This document shows positions 48,580 through 60,859 of a stretch of 64,000 nucleotides of DNA, in pieces. A program made the translations under genes and the position numbers. Below the pieces are notes generated by a model, which was not told the origin of the DNA, ran no database searches, and saw nothing but the letters and a program-made list of their open reading frames with translations. Source of the DNA: Chiloscyllium plagiosum (Eukaryota). Each line of letters begins with the position of its first letter. The stretch's first letter is position 1. The stretch is from positions 29,116,822 through 29,180,821 of the forward strand of contig NC_057719.1 in assembly GCF_004010195.1 (NCBI RefSeq), in the 5' to 3' direction.

Positions 48580-51540
48580 AATAGGTAATGCAAAGCTGTA
48601 TTCACTCTATAGTATGGATCAGTCATACGAGAGAGTGGTCATTCCACATCAAGAGTAGAGATGGCAGATGAGTGGGTGAGCATTTGTCAAAAGAAATGGA
48701 GACATCAGGACTCCTTGAAGCAAAGGTATGAAACTTTAGATGCCTATTTAGTGAGCAACATAACTGAGCTGGTGCTGGATGACTTGAAAGAAAACTACAG
48801 TACCATGGTGCCTGAGGCTACACTAGGAAAAGAGAGAGAGGTTGGTAGGCAGATTAATAAGGTAGTAGTAATAATGGGTGACTTAATAGGTTGAGGAATA
48901 GGATAGACAGTCTAGTTTGCAGGTGACATCATGAATCCCATATTGTCTATTGCCTCCTAGTACAAGGGTTTAGAACATCATGGAACAACTGGATAAACAT
49001 CTGGAAAGGGACGGTAGTGGTAGTGGTAAACCAACAACTTCAAATGGGACAACTTGGAAGGATCAGTTTAAGGAATTAGGGAGTTGGTTGAAATACAGAT
49101 TCCCCAGGACAGTAATCTCTGAAATACTACCTGTGCCAAGAGCTTTACCATCTGGGCAAAGGCAGATCAGGGAGGCAAATGCGTGACTTAAGCGGTGATG
49201 TAGAATGGAGGGGCTTAGATTGTTAAAACATTGAGATCACTTTTGGGAAAGGAGAAAGCTGTTCAGAAGAGATGAGCTTCACCTGAGTAGAAAAAGAACT
49301 AATCTCTCATTGAAAGAGTAAATAGTGTAGTGGGGATGAATTTAAACTTGTAAGTCAGAGGGTGAGTTGACAAATGGGTCTAGATTTGGAAGTACTATAA
49401 AGGGCAATAAAGAGAAATGGTGTGTGGAGGAAAGGAAGTGAAGGACGGCTTCAGTGTTGACAGTGAATAAAGAAATGGCTGCCTTCCAATGGGCAAGAAA
49501 GAGATAAGGACAGGGTTAAATTGTATATATGTATGTAAATGCACTGAGTATAATGATCAGAATTTGGGAACTGAAAGCAGAAAGCTGGAATAAGGAAGGT
49601 TAAGAGGAAGCATGAGGAAAAGATGGCAGATTGTGCTAAAACAAATAGTAAAATGTTCTTCAAACATATTAATAGTAAAAGGTTCATGAAGGATAGAATG
49701 GGCCCATAAGAACCACGCTGTTTAAGCTGCTGACTGAAGCAAAGGATACACAAAGGCACTCATAGAATATACACTTACAGAAAAATAAGTAAATACTAAG
49801 CAGTCATCATAGCTTTCTTAAAGGTAGGTCATGTTTGACAAATTTGATTGAATTCTTTGATGAGGTGACAATGCTTCTATCTTTACCAAATTAGAAGATG
49901 ATGACAATGGTCTAGTGGAAAACCTAGGTGTTAAGCAATTGTACAGTATGGTGATAAATAAAGAAGGTAAAGGCTGGTGGCACTCCAGGTGGAGAAGCTG
50001 CCAGACCCGAATGGAATATATTCTAGATTGCTGAGAGAGTTAAGGGAGCAAATTGCAGAGCCATTGTCCGAAATTTTCCAGACCTGTCTGAACATGGGAT
50101 TAGTCCCAGGGGACTGCAGGATTACAAATGTGACACAGTTGTTTAAAAAAGGGACAAAAGCTGACGCAGGGAACTATAGATTGTCGCTTGATGGAGGCAT
50201 AATATGGCAGAAGGTATATATACACATTCAGAAAAATAAGTAAATACTGAACAGTCATCATGGCTTTGTCAAAGGCAGGTCATGTCTGACAAATTTAATT
50301 GAGTTCTTTGATGAGGTGATATATGCAGTAGATGAAGGTAATGTTTTAGATGTTGTATATTTGGACTTCCATAAAGCATTTGATATGGTGCCACATGGCA
50401 GTGTTAGTTAGCAAATTAGAAATGTTTGGGCTGGATGGTCCTTGGAAGCATGGATTAGAACTTGGATAAAAGAAGGAAACTGAGAGGGTAGATATAGTTG
50501 AAAGTGGTGTTCCCCAGGGATTGGTGTTGGGACCCTTGGTTTTTCTGATTTATATAAATGATTTGGAGATGAGTGTTAAGGGCAAAATCTCTAAACTTGT
50601 AGATAATGCTAAGCCAGGGAAAATAGTGAGTTTGAGGATATTGTTGAGTAACTTAAGAGGAACATTGGCAAGTTGGCCAAATGGGCAGATACTTGGCAAA
50701 TGAATTTCAATGCAGAGAAATGTGAAGCAAGGCATTTTGGTAGAAGAAACAGAGACAGACAATGTACAGTCAATGGTCCAATTTTGAGGGGAGTACAAGA
50801 GTGCAGGGACCTTCATCTGCATGATTTTCTGAAGTTGACCAGGCAAATTAAAACAATTGCTAAGAAGGCTTATGGGATCTTTGAGTTTATAAATAGAGGC
50901 ATAAAGTATAAAAACAAAGAAGTGATGCTGCACCTCTACAAATCATTGGTCAGATTGCATTTTGGCATATTGAGTTCAGTCCTGGGCACTTTAAGGATTA
51001 AATTGAAGAATTGAGTTCAGTTCTGGACACTTCATTTAAGGAAGAATGTTAAAGCCCAGAGATCAAAGGAGAGTCACTGGAATGGTACCAGGAATGAAGG
51101 ATTATAAATACAAAGAAAGATTGAGAGATTGGGCTTATTCCCTTTGAAGCAAAGAAGATTACGAGGTGACCTTATTGAAGTGTTCAGATTACGAACAATT
51201 TTGACAGGGTAAAGAAAGATATTCTGTTTCTACTAGTTCATATGTCAATAACTAGGGGATCACAATTTCAAAACTGTCAGCAAGAAAGCTAAGAGTGAAA
51301 TGAGGAAATTTTTTATTACTTAGTGTTGTTAGGATTTGGAATGCACTGCCTGGGAGATTTGTTGAGGCAGATTCCAGAGGAGGTTGCAAAAGAAAGCTGT
51401 ATATACATTTGAAAGTAATAAAATTAGAGGGTTATTGAGATAGGGCTGGAAATTAGGATTAGCTGGACAGCTGTTTCGGGAGCTGGTACAGACACGATGA
51501 GTCTAATAGTCTCCTTATTGTAAAATTCTAAAATACTATG
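48580..51540 (+). mobile_element. Decayed CR1-type LINE (ORF1 esterase, deleted ORF2, RT, tail)
   Basis: VVIMGD, VISEILPVPRA, LFKKGTKADAGNYR, WQMNFNAEKC. Confidence 0.8.
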
Positions 51541-51660
51541 ATAGTAGCATTTGTACAAAGTGTTTTTGTTTTACTCTGATGCTTTACTTGTAATATAAAT
51601 GCAGATTGGGTTTGTAGTCATACATAACCTGAAAATGAAACCATGGGGCTAAACCTTATT

Positions 51661-51872
51661 AAATAAAAACCAAAAGAACTGAGGATGCTGTAAATCAGAA
51701 GCAAAAACAGAAGTTGCTGGGAAAACTCAACAGGTCTGGTAGCATCTGTGGAGAAAAATCAAAGTTAAGTTTTTGGATCTGAGGAAGGATCATCAGACCC
51801 GAAATGTTAACTTTGGTTTCTCTTCATAGATGCTACCAGACCTACTGAGCTCTTCCAGCAACTTCTGTTTTT
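51661..51872. mobile_element. Fold-back Penelope pLTR mini-insertion (second family)
   Basis: Arms AAAACAGAAGTTGCTGG / CCAGCAACTTCTGTTTT. Central CTGAGGA-AGGATCATCAGACCC-GAAAT. Approximate TSD AT(G/T)GGGCTAAA(C/T)CTTA on both sides. Confidence 0.75.
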
Positions 51873-52202
51873 ATTGGGCTAAATCTTACATTGTCTTTTC
51901 TAAGTGCCAGGTCTGTTGAAGTTTTTAGAGGGACATTTGCTGTGAGTCCAAGTGCATTTTCTTGCTGTATTTTATCAAATTTATCTCGATAACTACCTAC
52001 TCCACTTCCATTGGTGACCTACTTATCTGATTCATTCTCCATCTAACTACGTACCATTCCTGGAACAACTTGTAACTGCTGCAATATACCAGAATTGACC
52101 AGTATCTCTGGTGCACGTGCTATCTTTAAAAGGCTATTGTACACCCAGACACATAGTGACAACCTGGAACTGCCCTGCATGGTTTGTGACATTTGCTCCA
52201 GA

Positions 52203-52400
52203 CATGGCAGAGAAGCAAAATTTTCATCTCACTTCGCAGCCAGTGACCTGGAGGTCCTGCTGGAAGGGTGGTAATAGAAGGGATGACTTCTTCTCTCAGG
52301 ATCAGCAGATGAGGCAACAACAGCAAACCATGCCTGCATGCTGCAAGTTGCCACCCAGAATTCACAGCAATGTAAGAAAAAGGTTAATGTCATTCTCCAT
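52203..52400 (+). mobile_element. Harbinger/PIF Myb-SANT (trihelix) ORF remnant
   Basis: Across frameshifts it reads MAEK..HFAASDLEVLLEG...RRDDFF...TMPA.LQVATQ..NSQQCKKKVN. Confidence 0.55.
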
Positions 52401-52905
52401 TTCTCACACAAGTGTCACCATCTCTTTCTATCTTTGTTACAATGCTCACCTCCTACCAAGGCTCTACCACTCACACACCTGCAATATATTTTCTCATTCA
52501 CAGTTACCCCCTACACTGTTAAATCTGCATTCCCTCTCTTCTACCTATTCACTGGTTCAGGACACTTTTCCCCCACATCAAAATTAACAGCTATGCCACC
52601 AACTTTCATCCCCTATAGTACCTGCCTCTCCTTTATACCAGGAGGAAAACAGAAAAAAGACATAAATCATTCAGGCTTCTGTAAGATTCTGCCTAAAAAG
52701 CACTAAAACTCTGTAAATTGCTAGAGTCACTGAATATTATTTCAGAATTTCTTCAAATTAACACAGAATATACACTCCACATGCTAAGTGTAAGTGCAAC
52801 TGGTAATGTGAATGAAGTGTTCTTGTACATGACTGTGGAGTCAAGTTCCTATTGTACTTACCATGAAGTTTTCGACTGTTTTATGTTATTCCCTTAACAT
52901 TATAG

Positions 52906-53011
52906 TGCCACTTTAAAAATAGACACAGAAAACTATTTGAAGCAAATTACTACATTGGCACAAGAGAAAACATCACTGAGGCAATATGAAAAACAAGAGA
53001 ATGCAGCACAG
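52906..53011 (+). CDS. C14orf39: SIX6OS1 coding exon 7 (ATLKIDTENYLKQITTLAQEKTSLRQYEKQENAAQ)
   Basis: 106 nt, TTATAG| and CAG|GTAACT, phase 2/0 in frame with exon 6. Resembles recalled VNLRCETQDILKH. Confidence 0.8.
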
Positions 53012-53388
53012 GTAACTTTTGTGTGTCTAGATTTATATTTCAATTCTGTAAATGCCTTTTGTACAAATACACCATTCAAATTTCAGTTGCTAATGTCTGT
53101 TATGAATTCTAATTAGAAAACATGAACTATTATTGAAGTTTAAAATTAAAATATGATGACAAAACAGTGATACACTGTATAACATGATTTCATAGAATCT
53201 GAAATTTATTTTAGAATGCCATCAAGAACATTGCAACATTCATTACATTTATTTATATCAGCTAACTTAAAATATATTCATTGGGAAGAATACTGCAGTA
53301 ATATTTTAATAAAGAAATATAAAATACTTGTTTAATTTTTGCATTTTGCAATTTGAAACCTTTAATTTATTTCAATTTTATCATGCAG

Positions 53389-53492
53389 TTTGGTGATTCT
53401 GAGAGTTTCAAAGAAATAAATGAACTTCAATCAGATCTGTTGCATTTCAATAATTTGCCAAATATTGTCACTTCAAAGGAACAAGAACAATG
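53389..53492 (+). CDS. C14orf39: Probable SIX6OS1 coding exon 8 (FGDSESFKEINELQSDLLHFNNLPNIVTSKEQEQ)
   Basis: 104 nt, ATGCAG| and TG|GTAGGA, open in phase 0. Homology is weak (low-conservation region). Confidence 0.62.
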
Positions 53493-54157
53493 GTAGGATT
53501 TTAAAATTTAGTAAATAATTTTAGCAAATATAAATAATTTGATGTTGAACTGTTATAATATTGCTTGGTAAGCTTTTCAATGAACTAATCTACCTGTAGT
53601 TAAATGTATTGTACCTATCAAGCATCTTATATTGCCTTCCTGCTGTTACACTTTCGCCATTTCATCTTGGAATGGCTAAAAGTCGAATAACAAACGAGCA
53701 CTGAAAAGATGGGGAAGCTTCAAATCAAAAACATCAATGGAGTGGGAAAACTGCCAATGAGAACCCACAAGACATTTTGTGAACAAAAGGACTTAATGAG
53801 AAGAAGCCACCAATTAATACCTTTTTGTCACTCATATTTAATTTTTCCCTATTATTTGTACCACTTTCATCTTTATTTATATCTCTTTTTAACTTGCAAT
53901 TGCTTTCTTGTCTCTTTCCTCATTGTTTTCCCTCTTTTTCTCTCATCATTTAGATTATACATCATAGACTTACAAGCATTTGACTATATTTTCCGGAAAA
54001 CCCAAGCTGTATTTGCTGCTTGGAACATCATTAAGAGTCTTATGGTTTTAAAACTGATCTGAGCACAAACTTGATAATAATTTGAGTGAAGTAGCTAATT
54101 AATCTGAGGGTAACCATTCCTTAGGCCAGGTTAAGAAAGTGGTACCTTTATGGTAAC

Positions 54158-54386
54158 TAGGCAAAAGTGAGGACCGCAGATGCTGGAAACCAGAGTTTAG
54201 ATCAGAGTGGTGCTGGAAAAGCACTGCAGGTCAGGCAGCATCCAAGGAGCAGGAAAATCGACGTTTCGGGCAAAAGCCCTTCATCAGGAATAGCTGATGA
54301 AGGGCTTTTGCCTGAAACGTCGATTTTCCTGCTTCTCGGATGCTGCCTGACCTGCTGTGCTTTTCCAGCACCACTCTGATCTAAAC
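54158..54386. mobile_element. Near-perfect fold-back Penelope pLTR mini-insertion with hammerhead cores on both strands
   Basis: 93-bp arms 54195-54287 and 54294-54386 (4 mismatches), 6-nt spacer. Approximate TSD ACCTTT(C)ATGGTAAC at 54144-54157 and 54385-54399. Confidence 0.9.
54256..54291 (-). ncRNA. Minimal type I hammerhead ribozyme motif, core intact
   Basis: AUUC-CUGAUGA-A-GGGC-UUUU-GCCC-GAAAC-GUC-GAUU. Confidence 0.8.
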
Positions 54387-54569
54387 CTTTCATGGTAACC
54401 TCAGGCAGAGTGAGAATTGAGTTCATGCTGTTAGCATCACAAATCTGCTTTGCAGCCAACTGAACTAATCAACCCCTATTGATTTGAGTAGCATTTCAAC
54501 CAATCTTAAAGAAAAGCTACCTTTGAAAATTTTTAGGACATGTCAAGGCACTGAGATTTTTTTTATATT

Positions 54570-54910
54570 CAGTGGATATGGACATCACCAGCTGCACTTT
54601 AATTTCTTGCCCATTCCTAATCACACAGAGGGCAGTTAAGAGTCAACTACATTGTTGCAGGTCTGGAGTCACATGTCAGCCAGACCAGGTATAGATTCCA
54701 ATATTCTTCCCTCAAGTACATTCATGAACCAGATGGGTTTTTCCTGACTATTGGCAATGGACTTATGCTCAGCGTTAGACTCCTAATTCCAGATTCTTAT
54801 TGAATTCAAATTCTACCACCTGCTGTGGTAGGATTCAAACATGGGTCCCCAGAACATTAACTGGGTCTCTGGGTTAACAATCCAGTGATAATACCACTAG
54901 ACCATTGCAA
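54570..54910 (-). mobile_element. tRNA-derived SINE (Deu/SacSINE1-like)
   Basis: Reversed tRNA-like head (GGATTCAAAC...CCAGTGATAATACCACT) and LINE-type tail. Confidence 0.6.
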
Positions 54911-55579
54911 CTGTTTATATTACACTTCATATACACAATCCGAAATTGCTGGAAAAACTCAACAGGTCTGATTTTTCATCTTCAGATCCAAAACGTTCTG
55001 AAGAAGCATCACTGGACTTGTAATGTTAACTTTGTATTTTTCTCCACAGGTGCTGCCAGACCTGCTGAGTTTTGCCAGCAATTTCTGATTGTGTGATATG
55101 AAGGGCAATTCAGACAGTTTCAGATGAAAATCAAGTATCAAGAAAAAAAGCAGTGAACATTTCAGGTCCAGTGACACTTCTTCAGAATGTTTTGGATCTG
55201 AAGATGAAAATTCAGACTTGCTGAGTTTTTCCAGCAATTTCTAATTTTATTTCAGATTTCCAGCATTCACAGATTTTTTTTGTACTTCACGTACCCTGTC
55301 TGGAATTGATCACATTTTTGTGGATTGGTTGCATGTTATTGTTAGGGTTGGGCTTGCAGCACCAATTTACCCTCTACTGGGAACTTACTTCAAAAAGGCA
55401 GTGTTCTGTGTATGAAATATGGATTGATTTGTCTGCGTACACTACAGTCTGCTGCTGTGGCACACTTAAGAATGCAGATAAAAGGAGACAATTGAGTATG
55501 GACAGATATTTCTAGTTAACTTGTGGGAAGTGGGAATTGCTGGCTGGCCAGCATTTATTGCCTGATCCTAGTTGCCCTT

Positions 55580-57630
55580 GATCCCTTTAGCCACAAGAGC
55601 ATTATCTACCTTTCCTTCAAGACACACAATGTTTTGGCCTCAACCACTTTCTGTGGTAATGAATTCCACTGGCTTACCACTCTTTGGGTGAAGAAAGATA
55701 TCTTTATTTCAGCCCTAACCTATGATCCCCCAACAATTTGGAACATTATTCCTGCATCTAATTCATCTACTCCTTTTAGAATTATACAGGTTTCTATGAG
55801 ATTCCACTCGCCCCACTTCATTGTTCTAAACTCTAGTAAATGACAGATTCCATTTCTCCTTACAGGTCAATTCTACATTCCCAGGAATCACTTTGGTAAA
55901 TGATTTGTTCCACTCCTTCTATAGCAAGAACATGCTTCCTCAGATAAGGAGAGCAACACTGCACACAATATTGCAAGTGTGGCCTCACCAATGCCCTGTG
56001 TAACTGCAGCATAATATCCTTGTTCCAGCACTCAAATCTCTCACTATGAAGGCCAGCAAACAGTTTGCCTTCTTTACTGTCTGTTGCATCTGTGTGTTTA
56101 GTTTCAGCAACTAGTGCATGAGGACACCCATATCTTATTAAGTATTCCTTGCTCTCAATTTACAGCCATTCAAATAGATTTAGATTAGATTACTTACAGT
56201 GTGGAAACAGGCCCTTCGGCCAACAAGTCCACACCGACCTGCCGAAGCGCAACCCACCTAGATCCATTCCCCTACATTTACCCCTGCACCTAACACAATT
56301 TAGCATGGCCAATTCACCTAACCTGCACATTTTTGGACTGTGGGAGGAAACCGGAGCACCCGGAGGAAACCCACGCAAACACAGGGAGAATGTGCAAACT
56401 CCACACAGTCAGTCGCCTGAGGCGGGAATTGAACCCGGGTCTCTGGCGCTGTGTGGCACTGTGCCACTGTGCCACCGTGCCGCCCATAATAGTCTGCCTT
56501 TTTATTTTTGCTACCAAAGTTAATAACCTCGAATTTATCTACATTACACTGTATCTGCAAATGCCTGCCATTCAGAGAAAAATAAATTCAAATTCAAAAC
56601 TGATGTGTGAAGAGAGATGGAGTTGATCATTCACTGGAGTTTAGAAGAATTTAGTTTGCGGGGGGGGGGGGGGGTGGTGTGCGATCTTATAGAAGCCTGT
56701 AAAATTCTAACAGAAATTAACTAATACTTATTCCTATTGTATTTCCTGTCTGCTAGCCAACTTTCTGTCCATTTCAATTCTCTATCAATCAATTTTATTC
56801 AATCTTTAAGTGGAACTTTGTTGAAAGCCTTCTGAAACTCCACAGAAACCACATCCACTGGTTCCGCCAATCAATTCTACTAGTTACATCCTGGAACAAC
56901 TGCAGTAGATTTATCAAGCATGATTTCCTTCTGTAAATCCATGCTGACCGTGTCTGATTCTATCACTATTTCGTAAGTTCTCCAGTATATAAATCTTTGA
57001 TAATGGAGTCTAGCATCTTTCCCATGAACAATGTCAGACTCATTGATCTATAGTTTCTGTTTTTTCTCTATCTCCCTTTTTAAATAGTAGGGTTACATTA
57101 GCTACCTTCCAATCTGTAGGAACTATTCCAGAGTTTAAAGAATCTTGGAAGATTTAATCTCTTCTCATACATCAGTCTTGAATTTCCAGGAATCAATTTG
57201 GTAAACCTTTGCTGTATTGAATGTGTTACAAGAGCATCTTTCTTCAGATAAGTTTGAACACCAATGCATCCACTATTTCTAGGGCCATTTCCTTAAGTAC
57301 TTTGAAATGTAGATTATCAGAGCCTGGAGATTTATCAGCCATCAATCCCATTAATTTCTCCAACGTTATTTCTGTACTAATTTAATTTGTGTCAGTTCCT
57401 ACCTCTTACTAAACTCTGTGTTCCCCATTATTGCTGGTATGTTATTTGTGACCTGTTTTGTAAAGACAGAAGTATGAATTTAGTTTGTCAGCCATTTCTT
57501 TGATCCCTCTTATAAATTCTCCTTTTTTTGACTGTAAGGGACCTACATTAATTTGCACGAATCATTTTCTCTTTACACATCTATAGAAATGTTTACAGTC
57601 AGTTTTGATGTTCCCTATAGCTCACTCTCA
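55580..57630 (-). mobile_element. Old CR1 LINE with nested insertions
   Basis: Antisense IQCNVDKFEVINFG and QHGF..GKSCL-like remnants. Confidence 0.7.
56176..56487 (-). mobile_element. HE1 V-SINE, young, with rearranged tRNA head
   Basis: Reverse complement closely matches 11058-11386, including the (AATCT)n tail. Confidence 0.92.
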
Positions 57631-57719
57631 TACAGATAGTGGATTCCTTATTTATGATTTTCCAAAATTTCCCTGGATTCTGGAAAGGTACTAGTGAATG
57701 GGAAACATGCTAATGCAAG

Positions 57720-57857
57720 GTTTGTGAAGGTTTGTAGCTCAGGTTGAGGTTTAGGGTGTAGGTTTGCTTGCTGGGCTGTAGGTTTGATATCCAGATGTTT
57801 CATTACCTGGCTAGGTAACATCATCAGTGGCGACTTCCAAGTGAAGCGACTTCCAAG
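57720..57857 (-). mobile_element. Poseidon-type pLTR fragment with hammerhead motif
   Basis: Starts like 24420 and 46790 (TTTGTGAAG.TTTGTAGCTC). - strand CUGAUGA-U-GUUACCU-AGCC-AGGUAAU-GAAAC-AUC. Confidence 0.7.
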
Positions 57858-57859
57858 TT

Positions 57860-58885
57860 CTTGGTGCTCAGCTATTTACAAACTATAAAAATAATCTGCA
57901 AGCAGGGACAGAGTGTAGCATAGCAAAGTTCACAAATGATACTAAAGTAATTGGGAAAGCAGGTAGTGATGAGGAGGTAGTGATCCTTCCAGTGATGAGG
58001 AGATAAAGAGTTTACAGATGGATTATAATAGGCCAGGAGAATTGGCCAGAATCTGACAGATGGAGTTTAATGTGGATAAGTGTGAGGTTGCCCATTTTGA
58101 CCAGAAAAACAAAAAGGCAAGTTATTATTTAAATTGTAAGCAGCTTCAAAGTGCATCAGTCTAGAGATATCTGGGTATCTTTGTGCCTGAATTGCACAAA
58201 GTGGGTATGCGGATATAGCATATAATAAGAAAGGCAAATGGAATCCTGGCACTTATTGCAAAACTACAGTATTACAGAAGTAAAAAAAGTACTGTTATAA
58301 TTACATAAGGCACTGGCGAGATCGCATCTGGAATATTGTGTCCAGTTCTGGTCTCCTTTCTTGAGGAAGAATATGGTGGCATGGAAGGCTGTACAGAGGA
58401 GGTTCACAAGATTAATTCCAGAGATAAAAGCATTGTTGTATCAGGAGTGGTTGAATACCTTGGGCTTGTAATTGCTGGAGTTCAGAAAAATGAGGGTGAT
58501 CTGATTGTGATATATAAAATGCTCAAGGCGATTGATAAGATGGATGTGAAACAGATGCTCCCCTTGTAAGACAGTCTTGAAGAGGAGAAAGTAGATATAC
58601 TGTGAGAGGAGTTAGGTTCAAAACTGAGATGAGGAGAAGCTACTCACAGAGCATTGTGAATCGGTGGTGCTTATTGCCACAGAGTGCCATGGAAGCTGAA
58701 TCAATCAACAGATTCAAGAAGGAAATAAATATGTTTCTTATGAAAAATGGGGTAAAGGGCTATGGGGAGCAGGTAGGAAAGTGGAGTTGAGACAGGATAA
58801 GATTGGCCATGATCATGTTAAATGATGGAGCAGGCTCAAATGGCTGAATAGCCTACTCTCGCTCTGAATTCTGATGATTCTATGA
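57860..58885 (+). mobile_element. CR1 LINE 3' fragment
   Basis: KF.NDTK, HLEYCVQFWSP, GDLI.IYKMLK; 3' tail. Confidence 0.8.
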
Positions 58886-60143
58886 TCCAATTAAGTTTCT
58901 AGCCAATGGTGACCCTCAAGATGTGGATAATGAGCGATGCAGTGATTGTAACATCACTGAATATCAAGCTTTATTGGTTAGATTGTCTCTTATTAGAGAT
59001 GGTCATTGCCTGGCATTTGTGTGTGCAAATGTCACTTGTCAGCCGAAGTCTGGATATTGTCCAGGTCTTGCTGCTTCTGGACATGGTTTGCCTCGGTGTT
59101 CGAGGAGTCTTCAATGTTGTTAAGCACTGTGCAATTATGAGTGAATATCCTCACTTCTGACCTTATGATGAAGGGAAGGTCATTGATGAAGCAGCTGAAG
59201 ATGATTGGGCCTAGGACACTACCTGAGGAATGTCCTGGAGCTGAAATGGTTGACCTCCAACAAGCACAACCATACTGCTATTTATCAAATATGATTGCAG
59301 CCAGTGGAGAGTTTTCTCTTTGATTCCTATTGATTCCAGTTTTGCTAGGGCTCAAGGTGCCACATATAGGCTTTTACAATCAGAAGTGGAGGAAATTTTA
59401 ATGGGAAAAAGAAGAATTGACTACATACTTTGGTTCTATCTTCACAGAAAAGGACAGAGGAGGAAGCAAAAGTGTTGCATTACTGGTTAGGGAGTATATC
59501 ATGGCTGTGCTGAGGGAGGACACTCTAAAGGGATCTTGCAATGAGGAATTATGGGTCGTGCACAGGAATAAGAAGGATGCAATCACAATACTGGCTGCCA
59601 GATGGAGATAGAGGAAGAGATATGTAGTCAGATTTTGGAAAAATGTGAAAATAACAGGGTTGTTGTGCTGGGTGATTTACCTTTCTCCATATTGACTGGG
59701 ACTCTCTTAGTGCTGGAGTTTGGATCGGGAGCAATTTGTTAGGTGTGTCCAGGAGGGTTTTTTGAAACAGTATATAGGTAATCCAACCAAGGGAGGGGAC
59801 TGTACTGGATCTGGTGTTGGGAAATGAGCCCAGCCAAGTGATCAAAGTTTCAATGGGGGAGCATTTTGGGATTAGTGACCATAATTCCATTAGCTTTTGG
59901 ATACTTATGGACAAGGACAAGAGTGGACCTCAGATGAAGGCGTTAAACTGGGGAAAAGCCAACTATAATTGAATTAGGCAAGACTTGGAGAATGTGGATT
60001 GGGACTAGTTGATTAGAGTGCAGGACAGGCATGTTCTCGTGCAAATGAACAACCAGAATGGCAGGATTCTGGAAACTACACAGTATTCTAAAAGTAGCCT
60101 CACTAATGCCTTGTACAGCCGAAACATGATGTCCCCACTTCTA

Positions 60144-60316
60144 CAGAGGAACCTTGATTATCCGGTATTCGATTATCCGAATATCATATTATCCAGCAAG
60201 ATCACAAGGTCCCGATGCTTGGCTAACTATGTTATCTGGCATTTGATTAACCAGAATTCAATTAACCGAACAAAATACTCACCACCTGTGTCCTTTGGAT
60301 ACTCGAGGTTCATCTG
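60144..60316. mobile_element. pogo/Tigger-like (Tc1-mariner) MITE, 173 bp, inside a - strand CR1 (about 60065-60840)
   Basis: TA TSD at 60142-60143 and 60317-60318. TIRs CAGAGGAACCTTGATTATCC / GGATACTCGAGGTTCATCTG. Internal GATTATCCG-like repeats. Confidence 0.85.
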
Positions 60317-60859
60317 TATACTCAGCTCTGACCAATGAGGGAAAATGTGCCAAACACCTTCTTCGCCACTCTGTCTGTCTATGACTCCACTTTCAAGGAA
60401 CAATGAAACTGTACCCCAGCTCCTTCTGTTCAACAGCACTATCCTGGGCCCTACCATTACTCTGCCTTGTTTTACCAAAATGCAATACCTCACATTCATC
60501 TAACTTAAACTCCATCTGCCACTTCTTGGTCCATTGTCCTGTCTGATCAAGATCTCGTCATGCTCTGAGATTACCTTCTTTACAGTCCATGATATTACCA
60601 ATTTTGTTGTCATTCACAAACTTTCAAAACATACCTTCTCTAGTTCGTAACTAAATTGTTGATATAAATGACAAACAACAGTGGACCCAGAAGCAATCCT
60701 TGTGGTAGACCTCTGGTCAAAAGCCTCTCGTCTGAAGAACAATACTCTACCATCAACATCTGTCTTCTACCATCAAGCCAATTTTGTATCCAATTGTTTA
60801 TCTGTCCCTGGATCCCAGTAATCTAATCTTACTGACCAGTCATGTCAAACACAAACGTT

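Noticed and set aside
52111..52706. Host gene (NAIF1/MSANTD-like) in ORFs 52111-52587 and 52338-52706
   Set aside because: The Myb-like motif is split over frames with deletions; better explained as a decayed Harbinger.
54167..54459. Mirror-image ORFs on both strands
   Set aside because: A consequence of the palindrome; no coding evidence.
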